Positions 26,381 to 34,296 of a stretch of DNA of 43,695 nt are shown piece after piece; position 1 is the stretch's first letter, and each line of letters begins with the position of its first letter. The notes under the pieces were generated by a model. It was not told where the DNA came from, ran no database searches, and worked only from the letters and a program-made list of their open reading frames with translations. A program made the translations under genes and the position numbers. Source of the DNA: a virus (Duplodnaviria > Caudoviricetes); IMG/VR virus record IMGVR_UViG_3300046788_000415, positions 1-43,695 of that record. One strand, 5' to 3'.

Positions 26381-26652
26381 CGGAAGCGCTCTCCGACCGG
26401 GAGCGGCAGGTGCTGCGCCTGCTCGCGGACGGGCACACCGTGCGCGCGATCGCCCGCAAGCTCGACGTCGACGAGCGGACCATCGGCCGGCGCCGGGCCG
26501 GCGCGCTGGCCAAGCTCGGCGCACGCAGCTCAGCTCAGGCCGTCGCGATCGCCTACCGGACGGGGATCCTCGGCGATGGGCCGCTGGCCGACATGTTGCG
26601 GCACTGGGGAGAGGCCGGCTATCAGGTGGCGCTCATCCAGATCCGATCCTGA
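26377..26652 (+). CDS. Stand-alone LuxR-family HTH regulator
   Basis: LSDRERQVLRLLADGHTVRAIARKLDVDERTI...LAKLGARSSAQAVAIAYRTG. Confidence 0.88.
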   Translation: MTEALSDRERQVLRLLADGHTVRAIARKLDVDERTIGRRRAGALAKLGARSSAQAVAIAYRTGILGDGPLADMLRHWGEAGYQVALIQIRS

Positions 26653-26662
26653 AGGAGGAACC

Positions 26663-26872
26663 ATGCTCGCTCGCATCCGCAAGGCACTCATCGCAGGTCT
26701 CGGCGCAGGTCTCGGCGCAGGCGTGACCGTGATCCTGAAGGCCAACTTCCACTTCGACAGCGTCACCCTCAGCCAGGCGCTGGGCGCGGCGATCGCCGTC
26801 GGCGTGCCGGTCGCCTGGGCGACCTGGCAGGTGCCGAACGCCAAGGCGCTCGCGCCCTACGCCCCGAAGTGA
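26663..26872 (+). CDS. Holin-like membrane protein
   Basis: SD AAGGAGG; RKALIAG, two TM, TWQVPN. Confidence 0.72.
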   Translation: MLARIRKALIAGLGAGLGAGVTVILKANFHFDSVTLSQALGAAIAVGVPVAWATWQVPNAKALAPYAPK

Positions 26873-27105
26873 GCCTCTCGACCTGGGCGTGGCTCGGCTG
26901 GGCTCTCTGGTTCGTCATCGTCGAGGGCATCGCCCTGTTCCGTGGCGACACCGCCGGGACCCTGTCCGGCCACGTCTGGGCGTTCCTCGGCTACCGGGAG
27001 GGCCGCGTCGGACCGCCGACCGGCTCGGAGCGGTTGCGCCGGTTCCTGACGCTCGCCTTCCTAGCCTGGCTGGACGTGCACCTGCTCACCGGCGGCCTGT
27101 TCTAG
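26869..27105 (+). CDS. Small membrane protein
   Basis: Trp-rich TM, GTLSGHVW, C-terminal TM. Confidence 0.7.
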   Translation: MSLSTWAWLGWALWFVIVEGIALFRGDTAGTLSGHVWAFLGYREGRVGPPTGSERLRRFLTLAFLAWLDVHLLTGGLF

Positions 27106-27157
27106 ATCACCCCCTTGCCCCTCCTGCAAAGCCTCGCGAGCGATCACGAGGAGAGGC

Positions 27158-27925
27158 ATGACCAAGCTCAAGCGCAGCCTGACGCTGGCCGTCGCGCTGC
27201 TGACCGCCGCCGTCGGTATCGGCCTAGCGGCCGGTCCGGCCAGCGCCAGCACGGTGTTCTTCTACTACGCCAAGGCGAGCCAGGCGATCACCAACACCGG
27301 CATGTTCGCGAACCTGTCCATCGCCGCGCCGAGCGTGGCGTCCGGCGACTTCCATTCGCTGACCGAGCTGGCCGTGGAGTCGGCCGACACGCATCAGATC
27401 GTCGAGGTCGGCTGGACCGTCGACCCGGGCCAGTACGCCGGGAACAACCCGAGCTCGCCGCACCTGTTCGCCGCGACCTGGACGAACGGCGTGTTCAACG
27501 GCTACGGCACCGGGTTCGTCGACATCGGCTCCAATCCGATCAACCTCGGTGCGACCCTGACCGCCGGCACGGCCAAGTCGTTCGGCGTCCAGTACGGCGG
27601 GACCCCGGCGGGCTGGGCGGTCTACTACGACGGCACCCAGGTCGGCTACTTCCCGGCCACGATGTGGTCCAGCCCGACGTTCGCCACGGCGGGCTTCGAC
27701 CAGGCCTTCACCGAGGTCGCCGCGAACGTCTCCGCGACGTGCACCGACGCGGGCAACGGTCTGATCAGTACCAACACGGGCGCCGACGTCATCGGCTCCG
27801 TGCAGTACATCGGCCAGCCGACCTCGGCGGTCTCGATGGCGACCGGGGCGACGAACGCCACCTACTACTCGATCACCGCGCTGAGCGCGCGGACCTTCCG
27901 TGTCGGCGGGCCTGGCGCCTGCTGA
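27158..27925 (+). CDS. Secreted neprosin-family (DUF239) peptidase-like protein
   Basis: Sec signal ending PASA; HSLTELAVES...IVEVGWTVDP, PHLF, W(AV)YYDG..VGYFP, second Glu in FTEV. Confidence 0.7.
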   Translation: MTKLKRSLTLAVALLTAAVGIGLAAGPASASTVFFYYAKASQAITNTGMFANLSIAAPSVASGDFHSLTELAVESADTHQIVEVGWTVDPGQYAGNNPSSPHLFAATWTNGVFNGYGTGFVDIGSNPINLGATLTAGTAKSFGVQYGGTPAGWAVYYDGTQVGYFPATMWSSPTFATAGFDQAFTEVAANVSATCTDAGNGLISTNTGADVIGSVQYIGQPTSAVSMATGATNATYYSITALSARTFRVGGPGAC

Positions 27926-27961
27926 ACGGGCGACCGTAGCACCACCCACCGACAAAACTGC

Positions 27962-27996
27962 GCCGCCCCCTGATCTTCGGATCGGGGGGCGGCTTT
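27962..27996. terminator. Terminator between convergent genes
   Basis: 14-bp stem GCCGCCCCCTGATC/GATCGGGGGGCGGC with a C(UUCG)G loop. Confidence 0.8.
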
Positions 27997-28010
27997 CGTC
28001 GTGTCCGGGG

Positions 28011-28529
28011 TCAGGCGATCCGGATCGTCATCTGCAATCCGTCGTCCGGGTAGTACGTCCACCTCGCCGTGTACCCGGGCCACGAGTCGGTCTGCTGACC
28101 GTCCACGGCTCGCGTGCTGTCGATGTGCTCCTTCACCGCGTCCGGTGTGCCGAGCCGGTCGAGTACGCAGATCAGCGTGTCGGCGTTCATGTACTGGCCG
28201 CCCATGGTCACGGCGACTGTCCGGCCGGCGTCCTCGACGTGGTAGCCGACGACCACCTTGCAGGCGTCGCCGACCTGGGCGAAGACCGCCGCAGGGTTGA
28301 CCGATGCCTTCGTGGTCGGCGCGGTGCCGGCATCGCCGCGGAGCAGCAGGAAGATCAGGCCGCCGACGACAACGATCGACACGGCGAGGAGGCCGAACAG
28401 TAGCGGCACGAGCCGGCTCTTCGGCTCCGACGGCGCGATCGGCGCCGGATGCATGGGCGCGTGCTGCCAGCCGGCTACGACCGGGGGCTGCTGGAAGGGC
28501 GGCCGGGCGTCCGGCGGCTGGTAGCTCAC
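28011..28529 (-). CDS. Membrane-anchored extracytoplasmic protein
   Basis: Pro-rich N-terminus, single TM, IDSTRAVDGQQ...WTYYPDDGL domain. Confidence 0.75.
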   Translation of the reverse strand: MSYQPPDARPPFQQPPVVAGWQHAPMHPAPIAPSEPKSRLVPLLFGLLAVSIVVVGGLIFLLLRGDAGTAPTTKASVNPAAVFAQVGDACKVVVGYHVEDAGRTVAVTMGGQYMNADTLICVLDRLGTPDAVKEHIDSTRAVDGQQTDSWPGYTARWTYYPDDGLQMTIRIA

Positions 28530-28646
28530 GGCGGGATCCCTGATCTATCGGTGACGGGGCCTTGACACTGTGCTCGCAGATGAGGCTACGGAGAAGCGTC
28601 AAGCCAGCACTATCAGATGATCGTCGATCCGGTGTGGATGATCGGC

Positions 28647-28865
28647 CTACCCATTCTCGGGCTCCTCGGCGAGCTCCGGCCGGTGCCCCTTGATCCAGGC
28701 CTCGACATCCTCGGCCAGCCAGATCCGGCCCATGCCCAGCTCGTACGCGGGGTCGGGGAAGCCCTTCTGGCCGATGAGGTTCGCCGTGTGCTGGCGGGAG
28801 TAGCCCAGCCGTTCGCGGATCTCCTGCTGCCCCATGAGGCGCGGAAGGTGCCGCCGGTCTGCCAT
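28647..28865 (-). CDS. AlpA/excisionase-like HTH regulator, copy 1
   Basis: LMGQQEIRERLGYSRQ...KGFPDP..L.MGRIW..EDVEAWI. Confidence 0.8.
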   Translation of the reverse strand: MADRRHLPRLMGQQEIRERLGYSRQHTANLIGQKGFPDPAYELGMGRIWLAEDVEAWIKGHRPELAEEPENG

Positions 28866-28918
28866 GACTCGGACGCTATGTGCCGTATATCTGACCGTAC
28901 GCCATATGCATGAACACG

Positions 28919-29062
28919 TGTCACCGCGACATGTCACCGCGTAACCTCACCCCCTGGAGGCGACGGGCCGCCCGGGTGTCTACAGCTCGCGAGGCTGGGT
29001 CCCTGCCCGTCGCCTTCACTCGACGGCGGCGGCGAAGCTCTCATCGCCGAGGGTTTCGCCGC
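28919..29062 (+). promoter_or_regulatory. Direct repeats, -10 element and structured leader
   Basis: TGTCACCGCG twice (28919, 28932), TAACCT at 28942, stems 28956-29017 and 29029-29062. Confidence 0.45.
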
Positions 29063-29114
29063 CCGCCCCCGCCGACGGAAGCCGGCGGGCCTCAGGCGAT
29101 GGAGGCGATGCGAG

Positions 29115-29333
29115 ATGCGAGATCCCTATCCCCGGCACGGCCGCCGCTGGACCTGGCGTTACCCGTTCAGCTGGGTATGCCGGTGCGGCCTGGACGGCTA
29201 CCCGTGCGTCGTGGCCCGGATGCAGGAACGCGAGCGTGCCGAGATCGCGCAGGCGCTGTACGAGGACGGCCTGGCCGCCGCGCAGGAGTGGCAGCTCGAG
29301 GAGCGCCGCCGCCGCCCGGACGGTCTGCGGTGA
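29115..29333 (+). CDS. Small His/Cys-containing hypothetical protein
   Basis: SD GGAGG; H...CRCG...PC. Confidence 0.65.
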   Translation: MRDPYPRHGRRWTWRYPFSWVCRCGLDGYPCVVARMQERERAEIAQALYEDGLAAAQEWQLEERRRRPDGLR

Positions 29334-29722
29334 GCGCGCGGATCGGGCCGCTCACCCTCGCCGAGCACAACCGGGCCACCCTCGCCGAGCGCACGGGCTG
29401 GCCGGTCGGCGCGTTGGAGACGTGCGAGCGGCTCACCGCCGAGCATCAGGGCTGGATGGTGTGGTGGATGTCGGCCAACACCTGTCCGGGGTGGGAGCGT
29501 CCGGCCGGGTACTGCGCGACCCGTGGTGATCACCACCTAGTCGGCGGTGACGAGTTGTGGCAGGACGGGACGTCTCAGCGTCTGCGGGTGTTCTCGCCGG
29601 ATCCGGCCGGGTTGGCGTTGAAGATCGCGGCGATGATGGAGCGGGTCGCGGCGAAGCTCGATGAGGACGAGCGCATGCGGCAGTGGCTTCGGGAGGGCGC
29701 GAGGATCCGCCGCGGAGACTAG
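29330..29722 (+). CDS. Hypothetical protein
   Basis: GTGA overlap with previous gene; converges on AlpA copy 2. Confidence 0.6.
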   Translation: MSARIGPLTLAEHNRATLAERTGWPVGALETCERLTAEHQGWMVWWMSANTCPGWERPAGYCATRGDHHLVGGDELWQDGTSQRLRVFSPDPAGLALKIAAMMERVAAKLDEDERMRQWLREGARIRRGD

Positions 29723-29910
29723 GTCTCGTCCGGTGGTCGGTGTTCGGCGATCCAGGCCTCGACGTCGGCGGCTTCCCAGATGACGCCCATCTTGAGCCGC
29801 GAGGCCGGATCGGGGAAGCCTTTCTGGGCGGCGATCTGTGCTGCGCGGGACCTGCTGACGCCGAGGCGTACGGCGATCTCGTAGACGCCCATGAGGTCGC
29901 GCTGGCCCAT
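29719..29910 (-). CDS. AlpA/excisionase-like HTH regulator, copy 2
   Basis: LMGVYEIAVRLGVSRSR...KGFPDP..L.MGVIW..ADVEAWI. Confidence 0.8.
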   Translation of the reverse strand: MGQRDLMGVYEIAVRLGVSRSRAAQIAAQKGFPDPASRLKMGVIWEAADVEAWIAEHRPPDET

Positions 29911-30172
29911 GGCGGTGCACGCTAGGGCTAGTTGATCTCACTGGTAGATCTGCCAGGGCAGTGCGGCATCCTGCACTTTGTGAGATCGATTCGCAACCGT
30001 GCGTGGATTGATACAGACGTTCGGGTGATGTGGCCCTGGCCGAACGTGATCCATGTGGCTGGTGGGCAGCGAACGGGTGGGCCGGACAGGCGATGTGCAA
30101 ATTGCACACACGTCGAGAGAGTGATCTCTCCGTCACAATCCGTCGATCGAGCCCATCGGGGGGATCGATTCC

Positions 30173-30526
30173 ATGTCCCACTTACCCGTCGAAGCCATGG
30201 TCTTCGTGCTGTCCCGGCGCCTGTTTCCGGACGTCGGCATCTGCATCGAGTACTGCATCGCCCAGGGCTACGCCATGTGCGGCGTCATCCAGGACGACTG
30301 GACCAAGGCATGCGACTACCTACACAGCGGAAAGGCCGACGTTCTCGTCGTCGCGGATGACCGGGCCCTAGACCCCGACCGGTTCCCGCGCGTGGAAGTC
30401 GTCGCGCACCAAGACACCGAGCCCACCCGGCCCGACGTTCCCACCGGCCGGCGCACCACGAACGCCGGCCCGGAGGTGCGCCACATTCGCACCTCCCGCA
30501 TCAACCGGCGAGACGCGGGAGCATAG
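30173..30526 (+). CDS. Hypothetical protein resembling a catalytically dead resolvase N-terminal fragment
   Basis: YCIAQGYAMCGVIQD...LHSGKADVLVVA; no Y-x-R-x-S motif. Confidence 0.55.
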   Translation: MSHLPVEAMVFVLSRRLFPDVGICIEYCIAQGYAMCGVIQDDWTKACDYLHSGKADVLVVADDRALDPDRFPRVEVVAHQDTEPTRPDVPTGRRTTNAGPEVRHIRTSRINRRDAGA

Positions 30527-31388
30527 CCCTCGCCGAGCGCTGCTGAGTCAAGGTCGCCCGAGTGTAGATCGACGTCGCGTTCAGCGATGCATGGCCGAGC
30601 AACTCCATGGTCACCCGGGCGTCCTTGTACTTCTCCTGGACCGTGCAGCCCAGCCAGTGCCGCAGCTGGTGCATGGTGATGTCGACGCCGCGCCGCCGGA
30701 ACCACGCCTTGCCCATCTTGCTGACGTAGTCGGCGCTGGCCCGCTCGCCGGTCGTGACCAACGTGGCGATCGGTCCGGGCGGCAGGTCGCGGACCTTCTC
30801 CCACACGCACGGGTCGGTGTCGTGCACGCGCGCGGCGCCGCCCTTGCCGCGGACGACGATGAGCCGCTGCTCGGTGATGTGCTCCCGGTCGAGGCCGGAG
30901 ATCTCGCAGCACCGCAGGCCTTCGTACGCGGCGATGGCCGCCCATACCTGGATCCGCTTCGGCGTGGTCGTGAGGATCGCGTGCAGCTGCTCGTCGGTGC
31001 ACGGCCGGGCGATGCCGCGCGTGGTCCGGATCGATTCCAGCTCGACCGTCGGATCCAGGGTGATCCACTTGGCTCGCACGGCCCACCGGTAGAAGCCGCG
31101 CACGCCGCTGAGGTAGGTGGCGCGGCTGTTCGACTGGATCCGCTCGTCGTAGATCCATTCGGCGAGTTCGTTGTCGGCCGCCCCGCCCAGGCCGAACGTT
31201 AGAGCGGCGTTGAGCTGGGTCAGGGTCGAGCGGCGCAGGCGGATCGTCTCGGCGCTGCGTCCGGCCCGGCGCAAATGCTCCAGGTAGGCGTCGATCATGG
31301 CGAGGTCGTGCGGGTCGGGCTGAGCTTTATTCACATCCTGGTCTACCGCCGTGGTGGGCCGTTCGGTCATCGTCGATCGTCCGTTCAC
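30501..31388 (-). CDS. int: Tyrosine integrase (short, XerC-like)
   Basis: GLRCCEI, RGKGG, HQLRH, LLGH, SIYT catalytic residues; start 31388 or 31370. Confidence 0.93.
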   Translation of the reverse strand: MNGRSTMTERPTTAVDQDVNKAQPDPHDLAMIDAYLEHLRRAGRSAETIRLRRSTLTQLNAALTFGLGGAADNELAEWIYDERIQSNSRATYLSGVRGFYRWAVRAKWITLDPTVELESIRTTRGIARPCTDEQLHAILTTTPKRIQVWAAIAAYEGLRCCEISGLDREHITEQRLIVVRGKGGAARVHDTDPCVWEKVRDLPPGPIATLVTTGERASADYVSKMGKAWFRRRGVDITMHQLRHWLGCTVQEKYKDARVTMELLGHASLNATSIYTRATLTQQRSARAMLPRLAG

Positions 31389-31810
31389 GGGAGGTCGGGC
31401 CGTGGAAGTCGAGCCGTTCGGACCAGGGCCCCCGGCCGGCGGCTGTCATCCCGGCCCCGCGGCCGTTGACCTCCCGGCTTCGACGTGATCAGCGACCGAA
31501 CGGCTACATGCTGATTCCGGACCGAAACCGACGCGGAGCCCGTTAAGCGCGGTCCGTCGACGAGCCAGCCGTAATCGCACCCGGTCCGGTTGGCGATGAG
31601 GCGGCAGTTCTCGGTGTAGCGCCGGGGCATGGCCCCGTCCTCCCACGTCCCCCAGGACGCGGCTGGGATGCCGCATTCGCGTGCGGCCTGCTTGATGTTC
31701 CACTGCATCCGCTGCCGGACCAGCGCGAGTCTCGCCCCGAAGGTGCTGTCATCGACGGTCCAACCCTGCTCCAGGTTGCTGGGTCTGGGCTCCCCCTGCA
31801 CGGCTGTCAT
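31385..31810 (-). CDS. Immunity repressor (XRE HTH)
   Basis: FGARLALVRQRMQWNIKQAARECGI...WGTWEDG...WLVDG; divergent from Cro; leaderless ATG 31810. Confidence 0.85.
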   Translation of the reverse strand: MTAVQGEPRPSNLEQGWTVDDSTFGARLALVRQRMQWNIKQAARECGIPAASWGTWEDGAMPRRYTENCRLIANRTGCDYGWLVDGPRLTGSASVSVRNQHVAVRSLITSKPGGQRPRGRDDSRRPGALVRTARLPRPDLP

Positions 31811-31937
31811 AGAGCACAGCTTACGTGGCGTTACGTAGGAAGCAATGCCAAGCATAGAGATTTACATGAATGACTCATAACCTGTCCTTGACACAGGTTC
31901 ACGCCATGGCGTAGGTTTCTGTCCATGACACAGGTTC
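31811..31937. promoter_or_regulatory. Lysis/lysogeny switch: divergent promoters and operators
   Basis: Plus TTGACA(31888)-18-TAGGTT(31912); minus TTGCTT-16-TAAGCT; CTGTCC[T/A]TGACACAGGTTC at 31882 and 31919. Confidence 0.8.
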
Positions 31938-32131
31938 CCGAGCAAGAGACAGTTGGCGAGAGCCGGCTTCTCACGAGCGGGCAGGTGGCGACCGCCCTCG
32001 GCGTCGGCGTCGCGGTGGTCCAGGAATGGGCGCGAGACGGGAAGATCCCGTGCATCACGCTGCCGTCCGGCCGCCGCCGTTTCCGCCGCGAGGTCATCGA
32101 CGCGATTCTGTCCGGCGAGGCCGTGGCATGA
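31925..32131 (+). CDS. Cro/excisionase-like (MerR-type HTH_17) protein
   Basis: LLTSGQVATALGV...WARDGKIPCITLPSGRRRF. Confidence 0.85.
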   Translation: MTQVPEQETVGESRLLTSGQVATALGVGVAVVQEWARDGKIPCITLPSGRRRFRREVIDAILSGEAVA

Positions 32132-32469
32132 ACGCCCCCTGGCCCGGTCCGTCGCATCCCCAAGGTCCCGCCGGTCCCGGCCCGTCCGGTCCGGCCACCC
32201 CGCACGGTCCGCAGCCCTCCGGTCCGCCGCCGGGCAATCCGAAGACCGCCGACGAGCAGCTTCTCACCGACATCGACAGCGCCCTGATCGGCCTGCTCGC
32301 CCTCGCCTACTTCAGCCCGACCGTGTGCAACACGTCTGCGTCCGTCCGGCAGGTGTGCGCCGCCGAGGTCCTCCTGCATCGCCTGCGGATGGCCCGCCGT
32401 GCGGTGCGTGGTGGACCTGAGCCAGGCGTAGTTGCGGGCCTCGCCGAATCCCGTCGGCGGGCCCGCTGA
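32128..32469 (+). CDS. Hypothetical protein with Gly-Pro-rich N-terminus
   Basis: ATGA overlap with Cro. Confidence 0.6.
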   Translation: MNAPWPGPSHPQGPAGPGPSGPATPHGPQPSGPPPGNPKTADEQLLTDIDSALIGLLALAYFSPTVCNTSASVRQVCAAEVLLHRLRMARRAVRGGPEPGVVAGLAESRRRAR

Positions 32470-32507
32470 TCAACCGGATCAATCTCCCAAGCAGAAAGGC
32501 CAATCCG

Positions 32508-33293
32508 ATGACCGACCCGAGCGTATCCGAGGGCTACGGCTCCGACATCGCCGCCGAGCTGCGGCGCATCGCCGACCAGTTCGCCTACATCGCTGGCGCC
32601 GAGCTCCCCGAGCCGCGCTACGTACACCTGCACATCCAACCCGGCGGCAAGACCGACGACGAGGTGATCGACGCTGTCGACGCGTTCGGCCTGGTGCTGG
32701 GTGGCAAGCCGGGCGAGGTTCGGCCGATGTCCTCCGGCAACTATCACTACGAAACCCAGGTGCAGCGCGGGCCTGTCGTGTTCAAAGCCTACCGGGAGAT
32801 CTCCGCCGAGCGGGCCGCGCGGATCGGCAGCGATGCCGTCCTCGCCGAGAAAGAGGCAGAGCTGACCCGCCTGCGCGTGGAGGTCGAGAAGCTGCGCGCC
32901 GAGCGGTCCGGCCTGTCCTACACCCGGGCCGACGACGCGGACGACCCGACGCCCGTCTCCGGCGCCCGGATCGCCCCGCACACCGGGGGGCTGACCGACG
33001 GCGGGCTGGTCGACGAGACCGCGGGCGAGACCGGCGAACGCATCGAGCTCGGCATGAGCGGGTGCGGCTGCCCGATCACCGAGGAGATCCGGCCGAACGG
33101 ATCCAGCATCGACGGCACCACGCGTGCCGAGCACCGGCCTGACTGCTGGAACTCGGCGGAGAGCGGTATCGATCCGGACTCGTCGATGGAGGCGCATTCC
33201 GACGCCGAGACCGACCCCGGGCCGTGCTGGCACGGCGAGATCCGGTCCGGCTTTGAGTGCCCCGGCACCGGCCCGGACTGCGGACCGGCCTGA
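32508..33293 (+). CDS. Hypothetical protein (coiled coil, Cys-rich C-terminus)
   Basis: SD GAAAGG; high GC3. Confidence 0.75.
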   Translation: MTDPSVSEGYGSDIAAELRRIADQFAYIAGAELPEPRYVHLHIQPGGKTDDEVIDAVDAFGLVLGGKPGEVRPMSSGNYHYETQVQRGPVVFKAYREISAERAARIGSDAVLAEKEAELTRLRVEVEKLRAERSGLSYTRADDADDPTPVSGARIAPHTGGLTDGGLVDETAGETGERIELGMSGCGCPITEEIRPNGSSIDGTTRAEHRPDCWNSAESGIDPDSSMEAHSDAETDPGPCWHGEIRSGFECPGTGPDCGPA

Positions 33294-33406
33294 TGGACGC
33301 CTCGCTGTGCTTCACCTGCTGGTGCGAGCACCGGACTGACCAGCATCACCGCTGGGTCCGGTACCGGCTGCGGCATCTGAAGCGGCTGTTGCACCGCAAG
33401 CCCTGA
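33293..33406 (+). CDS. 37-aa Cys/His-rich peptide
   Basis: TGATG coupling; MDASLCFTCWCEHRTDQHHRW...; absent from the ORF track. Confidence 0.45.
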   Translation: MDASLCFTCWCEHRTDQHHRWVRYRLRHLKRLLHRKP

Positions 33407-33529
33407 CCTCCGGCGCGGTCCCCACGCCGCACCGGATACCGGCCCGGGACGCGGGCGTTGTAGTCGCTCACGTCCCGGGTCACCCCCGAACTTCGCACCG
33501 ACATGGCACTTCGCACACGGGAGACATAA

Positions 33530-33931
33530 ATGCCAGCCGTTCATACGTTCCAGCACATCCGACTCACCGTCGATGAGCTGCTCGCCGAGGCCAAGCTCCG
33601 CTTCGGCGACGACCCGATGAAGTTCGCCTTCCAATGCCCGACTTGCGATGACGTCGCCACCCTGCGCGAATGGCAGGCGCTCGGCAGCCAGGAACTCGCT
33701 GGTCAGGAGTGCATCGGCCGCGCCACCGGCGCTCTCACCAAGCCGAAGCCCACCAATACCCGAGGCTGCGACTGGACGGCCTACGGCCTGTTCCACGGCC
33801 CGTGGGAGATCGTCATCGCCGCCGAAGGAGACAAGCCGGAGCGCGGCATCTGGGGTTTCCCTCTCGCTGGGGATCCGGCCCCCGATGGGCCCGTTGCCCG
33901 CCACCTCGCCGCGCTGGAGACGAACCGATGA
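33530..33931 (+). CDS. VVA0879-family protein
   Basis: FQCPTC...QECIGR...GCDWTAYGLF. Confidence 0.78.
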   Translation: MPAVHTFQHIRLTVDELLAEAKLRFGDDPMKFAFQCPTCDDVATLREWQALGSQELAGQECIGRATGALTKPKPTNTRGCDWTAYGLFHGPWEIVIAAEGDKPERGIWGFPLAGDPAPDGPVARHLAALETNR

Positions 33932-34296
33932 CCGACGTTCTGATCCGCGACCCCAACGACACCGGCGACATCCCGCACCCCGACCTCGTCGACACCCACG
34001 TCCTCGACGTCGGCGAGACCACCCAGGCGATCCGCCCGTACGAGCTCGACTTCCCGGCCCTGCGGCGCCCGGACGCGACCGGTGAGCTCCCGCTGTACGA
34101 CCCGGCCGAGACGGTCCAGTTCGTGCTGCCCGGCGAGGCGGTCACCGAGGCGATCCAGGGGCCGCAGCCGCCGCCTCCGCCGATCCCGCCCAACCCGGGC
34201 CCGGTCCTGCCGCCGAGGGCGAAGGGCTGGCTGCGCCGGCTCGGGTACGTCGGCCAGCACCGTGCCGACCGGTCGTACCGCTGGAGCATCCGGTGA
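33928..34296 (+). CDS. Hypothetical Pro-rich protein
   Basis: ATGA overlap; high GC3. Confidence 0.68.
   Translation: MTDVLIRDPNDTGDIPHPDLVDTHVLDVGETTQAIRPYELDFPALRRPDATGELPLYDPAETVQFVLPGEAVTEAIQGPQPPPPPIPPNPGPVLPPRAKGWLRRLGYVGQHRADRSYRWSIR

Noticed and set aside
31488-31520. Functional tRNA gene or intact tRNA 3' half
   Set aside because: T-stem and acceptor stem cannot form; kept only as a weak attP hint. No tRNA gene was seen in the window
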